Notes: a model not told the origin generated them from the letters alone. 64,000 nucleotides of DNA from Longimicrobiales bacterium (GCA_965218295.1 CBDCKN010000009.1:256001-320000); one strand, 5' to 3'; positions 41,433 to 53,166 are shown, numbered from the stretch's first letter. A program made the numbers and translations.

Positions 41433-42181
41433 CACGCCGAGCCCTTCGCGTAGCGGACGAAGATCTCCTCCAGGTAGTGGTCGCCCGTCGCCCGCCGGAG
41501 CCCCTCCAACGTGTCGCACGCCAGGATTCGGCCGCTGTGGATGATGGCAATGCGGTCGCAGAGCTGCTCCGCCTCGCTCATGACGTGGGTAGAGAAGATG
41601 ATGGCCTTCCCGTCGTCCCTGAGCTGGGCGATGATCTCCCTCAGCTCCAGCGCGTTGAGCACGTCCAGCGCGACCGTGGGCTCATCGAAGACGAGCACGG
41701 GTGGGTCGTGCGCCACCGTCCGAGCGATCGACACCTTCTGCTTCATCCCACTCGACAACTTCTCGACGCGGGAATCGGCATACTCGGAGAGGCTGAAGCG
41801 GTCGATCAGATACTCCACCCGATCGCGGACCTTGTCTTGGGGATATCGGTTCACCTTGGCGAAAAAGGTCAGCGTCTCTCGGGGGGTGATCTTCGGATAG
41901 AGGGCCGTCGACGCGGAGTAGAATCCCAGGCTCTGACGAACGTCCTGGGGGGCCGCGCTGACCTCGTGGCCCATCACCCAGGCCCGGCCTCCCGTTGGGG
42001 CGAGCACCGTGGAGAGCATGCGTAGCGTCGTGGTCTTGCCCGCCCCGTTGGCCCCCAGCAACCCCAGGATCTCGCCCCGGGCACACTCGAGATCCACCTG
42101 GTCGACCGCGTGCACCTCTCCTCGGCTGTTGTCGTAGAAGACCTTCGTGAGGCCTTCGGTCCTTACCGGAATGGGATCCAT
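41432..42181 (-). CDS. NatA-type ABC ATP-binding protein
   Basis: GANGAGKTT, LSSGMKQK, VFDEPT, STH. Confidence 0.9.
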   Translation of the reverse strand: MDPIPVRTEGLTKVFYDNSRGEVHAVDQVDLECARGEILGLLGANGAGKTTTLRMLSTVLAPTGGRAWVMGHEVSAAPQDVRQSLGFYSASTALYPKITPRETLTFFAKVNRYPQDKVRDRVEYLIDRFSLSEYADSRVEKLSSGMKQKVSIARTVAHDPPVLVFDEPTVALDVLNALELREIIAQLRDDGKAIIFSTHVMSEAEQLCDRIAIIHSGRILACDTLEGLRRATGDHYLEEIFVRYAKGSA

Positions 42182-42195
42182 ATTTTCTTTCCGCC

Positions 42196-43471
42196 TTAGG
42201 GAGCCGCGCGCCGGGCCTCGAGTCGGCCCTTGAGGAACTTCCCGAGCCCGCCCTCCTGCGTGCCCATGAGCACGTCCTCGTTGCTCAGCACCCACTGGGC
42301 GAACGCGATCGACGCCACCAGGAACACGATCTGCGACGTGAACGTGAGCGCGACGAGGTGAATCTGATAAGTGCCCATGATCGCTTCCCGGATGACCATG
42401 ATGACGTTCACGACGGGCGTCGCGGCCAACAGGAGCGTGAACTCGGTGTCGGGCGACTGCAGGAAGAATGCGGGGATGATCAGAAGGAAGTAGAACGGCG
42501 TGATCATGGACTGCCCTTCCTTGAACGTCCGGGCGAACGCGGCCAGGGCCAGCATGATAGCGGCCACGAAGAGCGCCGTTAGGCCCGCGCCCAGTCCGAT
42601 CACGGGTATGGCGCCCAATGGAATGCCCGTGGACATCAGCTCATCGGTCGCCCCGCCCGCCAGTGGGCGTAGTATCCACCGCATCGAGATCACCAGAGCG
42701 AACAGGTTGAGCAGCCCGCCGGCCAACCCGAACGTCGCGACGTAGAGGTACTTCGCCGTCGCCACGGCGGACCGGGGAGCGGCGACCGTCATCAGCGTCT
42801 CCCACGTGGACCGCTCCCGCTCCCCGGCGGTGGCGTCGACGGCGGGATAGAAGGTCGCCATGGCGACTATGATCATGGTGAGCACCGGGATGAAGAGGCC
42901 GAGGATGAAGCGCGTGATGTCCTCGCTGGAGGCCAGATTCTCTCGGACGACCCCGAAGTCCTCCCAGGTGGCGTCGCCAACCCCCAGCCCGCGCCGCTCA
43001 CGATCCAGCCAGGCACCCTTGTACGCCACCGCCGCCTCAACCACCCTTTCGCGGGCGACGCCGCTGCGATCCCGGGCTTGGTTGTAGTGAAGCTCGATCC
43101 GGAAATTTCCGGGAAGCGCTGCCCCCGCGGAATCGGGCTCGGTGAACTCGATGAGGGCATCCAGGCGCCCTTCGGCGATCGCCTCGACCGCCAAGTCCAC
43201 GCTCTCGGTCCAGAGCGAGTAGACGACGTCCTCGTCGGCGTCGAGCGTATCGATCAGGGCCTGGTGCGCGGCGGGCGGCCCCAGGGCGGCTACTCGGGAA
43301 GGCAGCCGCTCCGCCTGGCCCTGAACGAACGACAAGCCCGCGAACCCCGCCCACAGCAGAGCGGGGTACATCACGACCGGCAGAACGAGGCTGTAGACGA
43401 CGATGTTCCGCCTCACGAAGCGCGCAGCGGACCTCGTGTCGGTAAAGCTCGATGACCTGCCGGAATTCCAC
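42196..43471 (-). CDS. Second NatB-type ABC permease; indel near 43412
   Basis: AGERERSTWETL, FARTFKEGQ; N-term VEFRQVIELYRHEVRCALRE lies in another frame. Confidence 0.82.
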
Positions 43472-43626
43472 GTGGGGCTCTCCCGTGGGCAAAGGCACGG
43501 CTCTGGTCCAAAGCACGTCCGGTTCGTAACCTGAGGTTGCGGGGTTCGAGGCCTTCAGGCAATCCTGCCGCTGTACGATCCTGCAGGAGCCAAGCCCGTC
43601 CCGCATCGTCTTCTTGAAGGAGAGCC

Positions 43627-44329
43627 TTGACAACCGCGCAGCCCATCGAGTCGGCGAAGACAGTCTGGACGGTGCCCCGTCAGCCTGCCGCGCTCACCGC
43701 CTTCAAAGTCACTGGGGTCGCCGTATCGAGCGCGCTCTTCGTGACTCTCCTCGTCCGCATCGTCGTCGCCCTCGCCGCCGGCACCTCCGCCTGGCTCGTC
43801 CTACCGGCCTTCCTCCTCGGCTACCTCTTCGCCGACCTGATCTCCGGTACCGCGCACTGGTTTTGCGACACCTTCTTCGAAGAGGACACGCCCGTCATCG
43901 GCAGGATCGTCATCCAGCCCTTCCGCGACCACCACGTGCACCCGCAGCGCATCACCCGCTATCGATTCATCGAGCAGGACACGATGAACTTCTTTCTCAT
44001 GCTGCCGCCGCTTGCGGTGGCGTTCTGGCTGGGGGCGCCGCTGCCGGGGAGCGTCGGCGCGCTCTTCTGGTGCTGCGGCCTGCTGGGCCTCGCGACGGGA
44101 TCGTTCGGCACCAATCTTTTCCATAAGTGGGCGCACGTGCCCAAGCCGCCAGTCGTAGTGGGCTGGCTCCAGTGGAGCGGCCTCATCCTCGAGCCCGAGC
44201 GCCACCAGGCGCCATCACCGCGACTACGACCGCGGGTTCTGCGTGACCTCCGGGTGGATGAACCCACTGCTCGACGCCCTCCGCTTCTTCCCGCGAGTCG
44301 AGCTCGTGGTGCGTTTTTTCCAACGATGA
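43627..44329 (+). CDS. CarF/TMEM189/FAD4-family lipid desaturase; +1 indel near 44209
   Basis: ADLISGTAHWFCDT, FRDHH, HKWAH, then in shifted frame HHRDYDRGFCVTSGWMNPLLD. Confidence 0.82.
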
Positions 44330-45480
44330 CCGAGCAGCCTCAGCACCAGCCTCAGCCTCAGAGGCTACGCATCGGCGAGGGCAAGATAAGCGGTTATCTG
44401 TCGATCTTCCTCGCGGTGATCTCATTAGGAGCGGTGATCTGCTTCCACTTTCCGGAGTACTTCACGACGCCCGAGTTTCGGGCCGTCTACCCGGTGGACG
44501 TCCTGCGCTGGGTGCTCCTCGCTTGCCTGGTGCTCGCCTTCGGCTTCGCGCTCACGAGCTTCCTGCTCAGTGGCAAGACCAAGCTTGGGCTCACCGGCGT
44601 TCTCATCAGCGCGCTCGCCATCGTTCTCGGTGGCAACACCGTCAAGATCGACAACTTCAACCAGAGCATCGCCTCCATCAGCCTTGATTGGCTGTTGATC
44701 GACATCCTGGTGCTGTCGGCGATCTTCATCCCCGTCGAGCTTTTCCTACCCAAGCGCGCCGAGCAGACGAAATTCCACCTCGAGTGGAAGACCGATCTTG
44801 TCTACTTCGCCGTCGGCCATCTCCTCGTGCAGTTCACGGCGGTAGTGGTCAAAGCCCCGGCCGAGTCGATCTTCGGCGGATGGGGGCTGGCGGGGATGCA
44901 GTCGACGGTATCGAGTTGGCCGTTCCTCGTGCAGCTGCCCCTGGCCATGCTGGTCGCCGACCTCTTCCAATACACGGCCCACCGAGCCTTCCACGCGAAC
45001 TCCTTCCTGTGGCGCTTCCACGCCGTCCACCACTTGATTCGTGCGGTCGACTGGCTCGCCGGCTCGCGGCTGCACCTCGTCGACATCTTCGTCACGCGGG
45101 CGTTCTCCTACATCCCGCTCTACGTGCTGGGTTTCTCGATGCCGGTGTTCTATGCCTACGTGGCGATCGTCGCCCTACAGGCCGTCGCCGCCCATGCCAA
45201 CACCCGCATCCCGTTCGGGCCGATCAAGTACGTGCTCGTCACCCCGCAGTACCACCACTGGCACCACTCCGACGATCCCGAGTTCTACGACAAGAACTTT
45301 GCCATCCACTTCCCGCTGATCGACAGGCTCTTCGGCACCTACCACCTACCCGGCGACGAGTGGCCCGAGACGATGGGGCTAGGGGAGGAGCGGTTCCCGA
45401 AGGGATACCTCAGGCAGTTGGTCTACCCGTTCCGGAACGATCCGAAGACTGCGGAAGTAGTGGATCCCAGCGGGCGGTGA
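44326..45480 (+). CDS. Fatty acid hydroxylase/sterol desaturase family protein
   Basis: HRAFH, LWRFHAVHH, HAN, TPQYHHWHHS, NFA..FPLIDRLFGT. Confidence 0.88.
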   Translation: MTEQPQHQPQPQRLRIGEGKISGYLSIFLAVISLGAVICFHFPEYFTTPEFRAVYPVDVLRWVLLACLVLAFGFALTSFLLSGKTKLGLTGVLISALAIVLGGNTVKIDNFNQSIASISLDWLLIDILVLSAIFIPVELFLPKRAEQTKFHLEWKTDLVYFAVGHLLVQFTAVVVKAPAESIFGGWGLAGMQSTVSSWPFLVQLPLAMLVADLFQYTAHRAFHANSFLWRFHAVHHLIRAVDWLAGSRLHLVDIFVTRAFSYIPLYVLGFSMPVFYAYVAIVALQAVAAHANTRIPFGPIKYVLVTPQYHHWHHSDDPEFYDKNFAIHFPLIDRLFGTYHLPGDEWPETMGLGEERFPKGYLRQLVYPFRNDPKTAEVVDPSGR

Positions 45481-45669
45481 GGACCTCGAAGGGTCACCTC
45501 AACCTGGAATCTTCGACTTGTCCAAGACTTTCGTCTTCGCGCTCACCCCACCCGAAAAGGATCGGTGAAGTACCCATTGCGGGTCGACCCGCATCCGCAG
45601 CTCAAGAAGTTGAGGGAGAAGAAGAATTGACCTGCCGCCGCTGATCCGGCGTGGGGCGCGCGCCGGTTC

Positions 45670-47329
45670 CTAGCGCGGACGTGCCGTCGCTGACAGCAGC
45701 TCCCGCGCCCGCGCCGCGGGAACGCCCAGGTTCGAGCCCCCGAACTCCGGAAGGATTGCCACGTTGATCGCTACCACCTGGCCGTCCAGCGTCAGCACCG
45801 GACCGCCGCTTCCCCCACTGGTAGTTTCGGCGTCGTAGACGACGTTCTGAGTCGTCACCTGCCCCACGATGCCCCTACTCGCCAGCGGCGTGACGTGCCC
45901 GGCTCGCGACAGCCGCTCGGCGACCTCCCAGAAGTCCGTGACGCCGGCGTCGCGGAGGCCTTCCACGAACTCGGGATTGGTGCGGGCCATGAGCGCCCGG
46001 ATCCCCAGGGGGAAGCCGATGACGGTCACGGCCTCACCCGGCTCGGGCGGCCCTTCGGCCAGCGGTAGGTAGTCCGCTTCGCCACCGACCACGCAGCACA
46101 GCAGGGCCAGATCCGCGTTGTCGCTCGCCGAGACCAGCTCCAGGTCGAAGGGCTCGGCCACCCCGGGGAGGTAGGCGACGAAGCGCGTCATCCTTCCCTC
46201 GAAGCCCCGGGCGAGTAGGGCCCTCCCGGCGGGGTCGAACCCCCAGGGGATCGCGAGGTGGCGGTTCGTGAGCAGGAGTCCGTCCGGGCTCACCACAAAG
46301 GCCGTGCCCGTGAGGAAGACCTCCAGGGGAGGCCCCGCGCCGTCCAAGCTGATGGCCGGTTCGCCGACGGGGTTCCTGATGGGCAGGCCGCCCGCACCCA
46401 GGACCAGGCGCAGGGGACGGTCGCTCTCGGGCTGGACGAACCCGTAGCTCCCCTGCACGAAAACCGTCGAGCGGGAAGCGGCTCGGATCACCCGGGCCTC
46501 CGCTCCGCTCCGCTCTTCCAGCGCGTCCAGCCGATCTCGTGCCGTCGACACGCTGGACTGGAGCTCGGCGAAAAGGTCACCGAGGTCCTCGGAGGTGGGA
46601 ACCTGCGTTCGGGTCCGCTCGAGCAGCTCGGCCAGTCCCTCCACCCGGGTCATCTCGTCGGCGAGCCGTTGCTCGAGCTTCGCGCTTCGGCGCGCTAGCA
46701 ACACGGTGCCGAATCCCAGCAGGATCAGTACGGTCAGCACGCCGACGCGGAACGTACGAGCCGTTTGGGTCGCCAACTGCTTGGGGACGTCGGTGAGGAC
46801 CATGGCTGCCTTCCCCACGGGTCCTCGATCCGAGTTCCGAGCGCAGTCGAGGGCAGTCGGAGAAGACTTGCGTCATCGTCTTGTAGGGTGCGATTCCAGC
46901 GTCGTATATACGGTAGCGCAACACCGCACCGTCCCGGCCGATCTCCAGGACGTCCCCCGAGGCCAGGGTGAACCGCTTCACCTGCTCGCCGTTGACCCAG
47001 ACCTTGCTGTCACCCTCGGCCACCACCTCGTACGTGGTGCCTCTACAGCGCAGCGTAGCGTGGTGGGGCGCTGGGAGGGGCTCGGTATCGAGGGGCAGTC
47101 GCAGATCCATGCCGGGCCCGATGCCGATCTTGATCTCGTTCGCGGAGAGGCGGTGGGAGTACCCCCGTTGGCTCCCCGAGAGATGGACGAGGACGGGCGT
47201 GGGCCGGGGCCCGCCTGGCTCGCTCTCCGTGGTCACTTCTCGGTCATCCGCGTCCATCGGATCCAAACTCGTGTCGCTGCGCCGTGCCTCGGCCGGGGGT
47301 TCCGGCTCCGCGCCTTCGTCCTTGCTCAC
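45670..47329 (-). CDS. FHA domain - TM - coiled coil - trypsin-like serine protease; indel near 46850
   Basis: FHA-like (PHHATL, VWVNGE, LASGDVLEIG); triad TNRH, DLALL, SGGSGGP. Confidence 0.72.
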
Positions 47330-47536
47330 GTCGGGCGATCCGGTCCATCTCCGCTAAGAGTGCCTGAAACGGCTCCCAGCCGCCATACCCGTCGATGATC
47401 AGGGGGTACTTCACCAGGGAGCGGCTCCCGGACGTCCCGTGCCACGGTCTGAATCGGGTTTGCGCATACGGGCGACCGGTTGCACCGTGCATTCGTCGGC
47501 GGTCCACGCCTCCTCCGCAGAGGGTCCCATCGGAAA

Positions 47537-47886
47537 ATGATCGAGCGCGTCTTCATCCTCAAGCGAACCGAGCTGTTCAAGGGACTTCCCTCTGACATCC
47601 TTGCCAGCTTCGTCAGCCACCTGGACGAGATCTACGTCGCCGCGGGCGAGACGATCTTCGAGAAAGGAGATCCGCGTTCACGACGGTGACCGGGAGATCG
47701 AGGTCGTGGGGTGCGACGAGGTGTTCGGCGAGACTCCTCACCGCCGAGGTCCGTAGCGCATCGGCCACGGCCGTGGAGGAGAGCCGGCTCCTCCGCCTCG
47801 ATCAGGACGTCCTGTACGAGGTGATGGCGGGGCGGCCCGCCATTTCCCGGGAAATCATCAGGGTGCTGGTGAACCGGCTGCAGTAG
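47537..47886 (+). pseudogene. Cyclic-nucleotide-binding domain protein, frameshifted
   Basis: IERVFILKRTELF...GETIFEKGD / RSASATAVEESRLLRLDQ. Confidence 0.7.
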
Positions 47887-47928
47887 CCCAGCATTTCGAT
47901 ACACAAACAGATACTGGCTGGCTTCGCG

Positions 47929-50904
47929 TCATCTCACCGGGAAGTGGTCAGGCCAGGAGCTTCCCCGGGTCTCGACGTTCTCGCGCAGCCGCTGGACGAT
48001 CATCTTAATCAGCGCCTGCGCCACCGAGACCTGATCGGCGATGAGCTCGTAGAGGTCTCCCTGCGTGAAGCACAGCATCCGCGTGGGCTCGCAGGCGGTG
48101 ACGGAGGCGGTCCGGGGGCCCGAGTGGAGAACCGTGAACTCGCCGAACACATGGTCCTCTCCCACCTGGGCGAGCTCGGTCGGCCATCGTGGATTCGGAC
48201 GCGGCCGCCGGTGACGAGATACATGGAGTCGGAGTCCCCCACGTCTCCCTTCGAGAACACGGCCTCGCCATCGTCCACATTCACCTCCTGGAGACGGGAC
48301 GCCAGGGCGGCGAGGGCGTGATCCGAAAGCTCCGCGAACAGATCCACGGAGCGGAGGCGAACGGTCCGCTCTTAGAGGCGGGCGTCCTCCTCTGACAGGG
48401 TGACGTCCCCGATGTTCACGACGGATGCGAGCTGCCGGGCGCAAAGGAGGGTCCAGTCGCTCATGGCCTTCTCTTCCAGGATGCTCATCAGCTGGGGTGT
48501 GAAGCCCAGGGGCGCCACGCCCCAATCGCGCCCGAGGCGTTCGAGACGATCAGCCGTGCCCAGATCCTCGAGCACCGGGAACAGCCATGCCCGCTCTTCG
48601 TTCGGGATGAAGTTCTCCACGACCTCCAGGGCGTATGACACACGCTCCCTGATCCCGCTGCTGTAGTTGTCCCAGGTCGTCATGGCGTCGCCCTCGGGAT
48701 ACAGCAGAGAGAGGAGAAGAAAGATGCGGTGGCGCACCCGCTCGATCTCCTCGGTGAGAGCAGCCTGAAGGACCCGGGCCTCCGCGGGTCCGTCCAGGTT
48801 TTCCGCGGCCATGAAGAGCACGGCGGCCTCTCTCGCCTCGTGACGGAGTCGCTCCGTCAGTTGCTCCTCCTGGTCGACGTCGGGTCTGAAGCCGCAGCTC
48901 ACGAGGGCCGTGAACCCCGCCTGCCGCTCCTCGCGGTCCGAGAGGCTCGTAAGGGGAAAGACGTGGCGGATCACTTCCTCCCCTCGGATCAGCCCGAGGA
49001 TCCGGAGGACCAGGAGCCGGAAGTGCCGGTCCCTGGCGTGGCGCTCGAATCCCTTCATCAGGCTGGGCACGGCGGGCTCGCCGGCGGCGATGAGGGCTTC
49101 CGACGCGTCGGCGGCCAGTTGCCGGTCCCGGAGGGCGTCCACCACGATGGGCCAGAGCGGAGCGTGCGCCATGGCCGCGGCGGCTTCAATGGCTGCCGCC
49201 CGGACCTGGGGACTCGGGTCGTTCAGGAGCTGGATGGCCTGGCGATAGAAGCTTGGGATGGCCGCATCCCGGAGCACGTGGGCCGCGAACACGCGGCTCA
49301 CCGGAGAGTGGGAGTTGAGCTCCTCGAGGAGCTCGGCCCCGGCGTAGACGACGCCCTCGATGGAGCCGGACCTCAGGAGGCCCACCAGCGCGCCCCGCTT
49401 CTCGTCGGGGGAACCGTCGCGGAGTGCCTCCATGACGGCCGGGTCGATCTCATCCATCATGCTGCCGAGGACGCGAATGGCCTCTCCGCGGAGCGCGTCT
49501 GATACACGGGAGTCCTCTACGATCTTCCTCACCGAGTCCAGCGCCTCGATGACCCCGTGGCGCTCGATCCTCCTGGACCAGGGAGAGCACGTTGTCATCG
49601 ACGATCTGCAGGCTCTCGCCCTTGATGCGCCGGCGATGGAGGACGGTGCCGAGGATGGTCACGTACTCCCTGCGCAGGCCCAGAGCCACCACGATCCAGA
49701 TTGCGCAGAACACCAAGAGCATGACGGCGAGCTCCGGCGCTCCGATGTCGAAGAAGTGGTGCAGCACGAGGAGCACCACGCCGGCGACCCCGATGGCGGC
49801 CGAGTCGATGATGCCGTCCATGGTCGTCTGGATCGCCGGGCCCCTCTCCATGAGGGGCTGGTAGAGGGTGGCGATGGACGACGTCTGAACGCCCCGGAAG
49901 ACCTTGTCGAAGAGCCGCGTCATTGTGGTGAGCCAGAAGACGAGGCCCACCGCGGGAAGGAGGTAGCCCGCCCCCGCCACGACCGTGGAGCCCAACAGCA
50001 CCGCCGCCGGGAGCCCGACCAGCCCGGCGATGAGGCCGAACTTCTGGATCATGCGGCCAGCGCCGAAGGTGCGGAAGAAGAAGTTGACCATGGCCGCCAC
50101 GGCGGAGTAAGTGGCGAAGAACCGGACCAGCTGTGCCGTGTCGCTGTACCGCTGCTGGGCCACGTCGTTGAAGGCGTTGTCCACGAAGACGAAGACCACG
50201 GCACTGAGGATGAAGTACGCCATCATCAGCTGGAGATAGGGGCTCGACCAGGTCACCCGCTCGGGAGCGCGAGCGCCCTCGGCCGGTCGGCCTCCACCGC
50301 GGAAGCGCTCGGGCCTGAAGCGGCAGAGGCTTACGAACGAGAAGGCGGCCAGGGCGAGTCCGGCCGCGCCGATGATGAGCAGGTTCGGGGCGCCGATGGT
50401 CCCCACCACCCGGAGGATGAAGAAGCCGCCCAGGAAAAACGCGAGCACGTCGCCCGTGGTCACCAGCGGGAAGAGCCGCTTGCCCTGCCGGATGTCGACG
50501 ACCTGTGTCGCGGCGCCCCAGAACGCGACGCTGGTCAGGGCGAAGAGCACGTGGAACCAGACGGCCAGGGCCATGGCGGGCCAGCGAGCGTCCGACCATC
50601 CAAGGAAGATCCGGATCGCGACCGTGGCGACCAGGGCGAAGAGGAGGTTCGCCAAGATCTGGGGCTGCAGCGTCATGCGGCGTCCCAGATAGAGATAGAC
50701 GGCGCTCGCCGCCATGGTCGCCACGGCCGCCAGCATGTAGACGTACGCCAGGTCCGAGGCGGGGTAGTTCTCCAGGAAGATTGCCTGGGAGGCCGTGAGG
50801 ATGAAAACCCGGGCGATGCCGAGGACGAAGGAGAAGAAGAACAGCCCCCCGGCGACTCCGGTTTCTTCCGCCTTTACGTTGAGGATCCTGAGGATTCAGT
50901 CCAC
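47929..50904 (-). pseudogene. NTT/TLC-type MFS transporter - HEAT repeat - cNMP-binding fusion, with several indels and a TGA at codon 3
   Basis: FWGAATQVVDIRQGKRLFP; HEAT (LLNDPSPQVRAAA); FGEFTVLHSGPRTASV. Confidence 0.75.
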
Positions 50905-50931
50905 TCGTGAGACCTGGCTTGTCTGGTGGGC

Positions 50932-51702
50932 CTACCGGAAGAAACCAAAGCGAATATGCCATGCGCCTTCTCGCTTCACCACCTCGAACCCCCAGCGCCC
51001 CTCCTGCATCATCGCCTGGTAGCCGTCCATGTCCGTCAACGGGAGCTCACGGATCCCCTCGTCCTCCACGAGCGACGGCTCGCGGCGCATGTCGTTGTAC
51101 AGGATGAAGCACGGCAGGCCGAACTTGTCGATGCGAAAGCCGGCCAGGAAGTATCCCTCGGCCAGGTGGTTCACGATGCTGACGGAGTTTCCGGGCAGGA
51201 CCTCACCGCAGAGGTGGTGGAATCCTGTTCGGTAGGCGTATAGGCCCCGGACCTCGACGAGGAACCGCTGGATCTGGCTGCCCCGGTAGTACGGGAGCAC
51301 GGCCGATCCCGCGAGATGTCCCACGTGCCGAAGGTCGTCTTCGTCGAGGTCCAGAAAGACCCCGTAGTTCTCCTCGCCGGGATCCGGTGTGAGCAGGGTC
51401 GCGTGGCCTATCATCGTTCCGTTGTGGAAGGCACCGACGATGCAGCCGGCCTCCGTGATGCACCTGTGATAGAAGTCGTAGTCACGCTCGTAGAGGAGGA
51501 GTGGCTCGGGCATGCCGTCCAGCACCTCGTGATGAAGGACCAGAAGCGGCTCGATGTCGTTCGGATCCAGAAACCGCACGACATAGGGGAAGACCTCGCC
51601 CGTTTCCCGGATCGTGCCCGTGCCTGAGAGCCGGGAGCTCCTGATCACGTCGGGCTCGACGTCCGCCAGAAATCTGGAATCGTCCCTGGCTATCTGCGGC
51701 AC
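50932..51702 (-). CDS. GNAT-like protein
   Basis: AVLPYYRGSQIQ and VLPGNSVSI motif A/B-like elements. Confidence 0.6.
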   Translation of the reverse strand: MPQIARDDSRFLADVEPDVIRSSRLSGTGTIRETGEVFPYVVRFLDPNDIEPLLVLHHEVLDGMPEPLLLYERDYDFYHRCITEAGCIVGAFHNGTMIGHATLLTPDPGEENYGVFLDLDEDDLRHVGHLAGSAVLPYYRGSQIQRFLVEVRGLYAYRTGFHHLCGEVLPGNSVSIVNHLAEGYFLAGFRIDKFGLPCFILYNDMRREPSLVEDEGIRELPLTDMDGYQAMMQEGRWGFEVVKREGAWHIRFGFFR

Positions 51703-51855
51703 TATGTTTTCCGTCCTGGGGTGAGCCTGCTCCCTTGAACGGTGGGTCGCCCGGGCCGCGCGGCGCAAGGATGACCGTGAACCTTTTCACATCCGGACGT
51801 ATTCGACTTGGAGAGCGGGGCACAGGGCTCTGCCGCTCGACCGGGAAGAGGCTCG

Positions 51856-52368
51856 ATGCACCGAACCTTCGAAGAGCTTGCGAGTCAGGAGATCGACGGC
51901 CTCTACCACGGGGCCCTCTTTCTCAAAGCGGGCGAGGGACAGGCCGCCGAGGACCTTCTGCTGAGCACGTTGACGGGCGCCTTTCATGCGTTCCGCAAGG
52001 TGGAGCAGGGGACCGACGTGGCCCGATGGCTGGAGGGCCGGATGGTGCAGGCCTATCTGTCCGCCGTCACCGAAGGCGACTCGGACGGCGCATCGGTCGA
52101 GGAGCTCGACGTCCCCTCTCCCCCGCTCATGCGAACGGTGGATGTGGATCCCTTCGCTCTCCACAAGGCGGCCCGGAGAATTCCCCCGCGTGCCCGTGCG
52201 GCCTTATGGCTCGTGTTGCTTCGCAGATGGAAGTATTCCGAGGCCTCACGCGTCCTGGAAACGGATCTGGATGACTTGAAGGATCTCCTTGGGTACCGGC
52301 ACCTGCTCCTGACCGCGGTCCTCCGCGGACCGGACCAGCGGAACGGTACCAACGGAGAAGTGACGTAG
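51856..52368 (+). CDS. ECF sigma factor (divergent)
   Basis: AEDLL region 2, RAALWLVLLRRWKYSEAS region 4; followed by an anti-sigma gene. Confidence 0.7.
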   Translation: MHRTFEELASQEIDGLYHGALFLKAGEGQAAEDLLLSTLTGAFHAFRKVEQGTDVARWLEGRMVQAYLSAVTEGDSDGASVEELDVPSPPLMRTVDVDPFALHKAARRIPPRARAALWLVLLRRWKYSEASRVLETDLDDLKDLLGYRHLLLTAVLRGPDQRNGTNGEVT

Positions 52369-52380
52369 GGTGCAGGAAGC

Positions 52381-53166
52381 ATGAATTGTACGGAAGCTAG
52401 ATACGCACTTTGGCCGCCCGAGCGGCCTCGACTGGCAGGCACGGCCGTCCTGGAAGCACGGCTGCACGTGGAGACGTGCGAGGCCTGCCAGGGCTATTTC
52501 GAGCAGGACAGGCTCCTTCTCGACGTGTACGACCGGGTGAGTCGGCAACGGACCCCCCGGCGCGTTCGCGAGCGCGTCTTCGACTCGCTGGCCCGTGAGC
52601 GGGCCAGGACTCTAGGTGTTCCGGATAACGCCGACGCTGGGGTCCGGTCGGTCACCCGCAGGCGGTGGGCGCTCGCCGCTGTCTCGTCCATCGCGGCGCT
52701 CTTCGTCGTCGCGTTGGGAAGCTTCCTCGTGGAGCGCTCGGCTCCCCAGGAAGAGGCCGGGCTGTTCGTCGAGGACTACCTCCGGCGGGCCGTGGGCGAG
52801 GATCGCATCATCACCTCCGACGTGAACGAGATCAGCCGGTTCCTGACCCGCGAGCTAGGACTCCCCATCACGCCCATGGAGGTGGAGGGCCTGAGGCTGG
52901 CCGGGGCGGAGATATGTCTGTTGGATGGGCGCCGGGGAGCCATGATCCGCTACATCGAGGACGGCCGGGAGATCTCCCACTACGTGGTTCCCAAGTCGGG
53001 AGCGGTGCAGCGCGAGCCGGCCGTGTTCTCTCAGCTCAGTTCGGGCAATGCGGTGGGACCGTCGGTGATCACCTGGGCCACGCTGCAGGTCGAGCAGGCT
53101 CTGGTGGGTGAGGTCGCTCCCGCTCGCCTCATGGAGCTCGCCAGGAACTACGCTCTGGAGGAATAG
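52381..53166 (+). CDS. Zinc-binding transmembrane anti-sigma factor
   Basis: MNC...HVETCEAC (HxxxCxxC), one TM, periplasmic domain. Confidence 0.8.
   Translation: MNCTEARYALWPPERPRLAGTAVLEARLHVETCEACQGYFEQDRLLLDVYDRVSRQRTPRRVRERVFDSLARERARTLGVPDNADAGVRSVTRRRWALAAVSSIAALFVVALGSFLVERSAPQEEAGLFVEDYLRRAVGEDRIITSDVNEISRFLTRELGLPITPMEVEGLRLAGAEICLLDGRRGAMIRYIEDGREISHYVVPKSGAVQREPAVFSQLSSGNAVGPSVITWATLQVEQALVGEVAPARLMELARNYALEE

Noticed and set aside
43627..45480. 617-aa CarF-sterol desaturase fusion in the ORF track
   Set aside because: The linker is the wrong frame of the CarF C-terminus; the right frame has the last His box and stops in an ATGA overlap, so these are two genes plus one indel
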